From the NCBI GenBank assembly GCA_033442325.1, contig JAWQFM010000017.1, positions 36,697 to 49,827 of the forward strand: a stretch of 13,131 nucleotides of DNA, in the 5' to 3' direction. Within the stretch, counting starts at the first letter, position 1; each line of letters starts with the position of its first letter. A program made the position numbers and the translations under genes. Below the pieces are notes generated by a model. That model was not told the DNA's origin. It was given only the letters and a program-made list of their open reading frames with translations, and made no database searches. The stretch is from Salpingoeca rosetta (taxonomy: Eukaryota; Protista; Choanoflagellata). This document shows positions 11,297-13,131 of this stretch, piece after piece.

Positions 11297-11940
11297 CTAC
11301 GTCTGCTATGTCGTCTTCTTCTCCTTCATCAGAGCTCCTGTCGTTCATTCCCTCCCACCTCGTCCCCACTGGTCCTTCGTTTTCAGGTCATATCCACGGA
11401 GATGCGCGCCTTCAACAATCTCAACTGGCACAGGGGCGGCAGCGTCTTGCGGAAGATCGGACTTACAGGTGCCCCCTTCATCACGTGTTGCTGATGCTGG
11501 TGCACACATCACACCCATGCGGTCACTCTACAGCAGTCACACTCACGCCCCCAATGCCCTTCACACCCACTCACACCACTCACTCACACACTCCCTTTGC
11601 AGACCCATCCTCACTGCACCCCTCTCAACCGCTGAGACCCCTTGAGCGGCGAGTACGCTGCTGCTTACGTGACGGGCTGCTAGGACGGCCCAGACAGGAA
11701 GTACAAGAAAATGGCAGCAGGTACACACACGCATCCAACCTCACACACACATGTGTATGCAAACGCCCACAACCGTGTCAGCAACGCCTCCTCTTTTGCA
11801 CTTGATGGCGGTCGTGTCATTCACACTGCTGTCACCGCTCCATCGCGTTTAGGTCTCAAGCACTTTGGCGCGCACTCGGTCGAGACAACCGCGTGGCATT
11901 CAACGGGAACATCTCCACCTTTGACCTCTGGGACACCGAG

Positions 11941-11979
11941 GTATGTATGTGTGTGTGTGTGTGTGTGTGTTTGTATGTA

Positions 11980-12010
<31 letters not shown>

Positions 12011-12028
12011 TTAAATGTGTGTGTGTGT
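11941..12028. repeat. Imperfect (GT)n intronic microsatellite
   Basis: GT run with GTAT, GTTT and GCGT variants, following the donor GTATGT. Confidence 0.9.
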
Positions 12029-12520
12029 CAGCTCATTACCTCCCGTCAACATTTCTCGTCAGTTCGCCCACGTCACCATGCCTGCACCATCCCCCTCACC
12101 TCCCACTTCCTCATCTTAATTCCGCTCCCCTCTGCCATGTGTCTCATGTGCAGTACAAGCGCGGGCACTCGCTGCCATGTGATCGTACGCCAGCATCAAC
12201 GGCGTGCCCTCGTGTGCGAACAACATGCTGCTCAAAGACGTCGTGCGCGAGCAGTGGAAGCGTGACATGGTGACGATTGGAACAGACTGCGGTGCGATTT
12301 GCAAACATGGTCGACACCAACAAGCACGCCCGTGACTTCCGTCGACGCTGTCGCGAAGACGCTGCACGGTGGCGTGGATATGGAGCTCGGGGAGACATAC
12401 TTCACCACAAACGGCAACTTGGCGCAGGCTGTGCAGCAGAACCGCACGGCAATCGACACGGTGCACAACACCGTGCGGCGGATCCTCAAGGATAGCTTCA
12501 TCACGGACCAATGGTATGTT

Positions 12521-12524
<4 letters not shown>

Positions 12525-12597
<73 letters not shown>

Positions 12598-12618
12598 GTG
12601 CGTGTGTGTGTGTGTGTG
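12525..12618. repeat. (GT)n microsatellite at the junction between the GH3 and furin-TNFR relics
   Basis: About 46 units with two GC interruptions, after the donor at 12514. Confidence 0.95.
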
Positions 12619-12680
12619 CTTGTTCGGAAAGTCCCCTATGAGGTTTGTGTCCTTGAGAATTACCCATCCTCTCCTCCACT

Positions 12681-12785
12681 CCCACAACTGCCCCTCCAGG
12701 CATCGATGAGTGCACGGCCTGTGGACCCAAGCCCCACAACTGCCCCTCCAGGCATCGATGAGTGCACGGCCTGTGGACCCAAGCC
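12681..12785 (+). repeat. Perfect 52-bp tandem duplication spanning a 3' splice site
   Basis: CCCACAACTGCCCCTCCAGGCATCGATGAGTGCACGGCCTGTGGACCCAAGC occurs at 12681-12732 and again at 12733-12784. Confidence 0.95.
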
Positions 12786-13131
12786 TCACCTCCAGTAACG
12801 GCCCCTGCATCAGCGAGTGCCCCGATGGCGGGCATGAGCTCGGCCAACGGGTGTGCTGGATGCCATCCCACACGTGTGCCGAATGCCACTCCACCAAACG
12901 CCACCGACTGCTTCAACCTCTGCGACAGCAACCTCACCAGTCGTGCATTGCCCATTGCCCTCTCGGCTACTACACCAAGGATCACCGCTGCGTGCCATGC
13001 ACCTTGTGTGGCATGGGCACCTGGGCCTCCACCCCATGCACCTCTTCCTCCGACGTCGTCTGCTCTCCCTGGACCGAGTGCAAGCCGGGCCAGAAGGAGT
13101 TTGTCTGTCTCTGGCAACGCCGTGCGCGACC
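12700..13131 (+). pseudogene. Furin-like + TNFR-like cysteine-rich repeat gene fragment (extracellular receptor-type), frameshifted, continues beyond the window
   Basis: After an acceptor CCCCTCCAG the sequence reads IDECTACGPKPHL/SNGPCISECPDG../GCHP/TCAEC../PNATDCF/CDSNL/QSCIAHCPLGYYTKDHRCVPC (furin-like pattern CHPxCxxC..C..C...CxxxCPxGYY). It then reads CTLCGMGTWASTPCTSSSDVVCSPWTECKPGQKEFV/SGNAVRD (TNFR-type pattern CxxC.....CTxTSDxVCxPWTxC). Several frameshifts interrupt it. Confidence 0.8.

Noticed and set aside
10649-11494. 281-aa + strand ORF as an intact GH3 CDS
   Set aside because: It reads through several introns, including a (GT)43 tract. Only parts are GH3 exons, and the gene is disrupted on both sides.
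12681-12785. CRISPR-like or transposon terminal repeat
   Set aside because: There are only two abutting copies with no spacer, no terminal inverted repeats and no transposase, in a eukaryotic context.
12116-13117. 333-aa ORF on the - strand
   Set aside because: It is the antisense shadow of the GH3 and furin/TNFR relics and reads through a (CA)n tract as poly-HT.

Overview
Eukaryotic, intron-rich, microsatellite-laden DNA. Short exons, (CA)n/(GT)n-filled introns and animal-like extracellular domains suggest a choanoflagellate such as Salpingoeca; this is inference only. Bases 1-~5990 are low-complexity and apparently non-coding, with a 100-N scaffold gap at 2950-3049. An intact-looking 5S rRNA gene (6022-6140, +) follows, with a pol III oligo-T terminator. 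The remaining ~6.7 kb is packed with multi-exon gene relics that keep their GT-AG introns but carry many frameshifts and premature stops. On the minus strand are an exostosin/GT47 glycosyltransferase relic and a fragment with four 'W-x-GGVLAxNGLIYGIP-x-VLIIDP' propeller-like repeats. On the plus strand are a WSC + GH3 beta-xylosidase-like relic and a furin-like/TNFR Cys-rich relic that runs off the end. None of the listed six-frame ORFs is a credible intact gene. The most interesting observations are that both domain-family switches fall at (GT)n-filled introns, that some introns have complementary GT/CA tracts at their two ends, and that many lesions are short tandem duplications. All family assignments come from manual translation and motif recall, not database searches.
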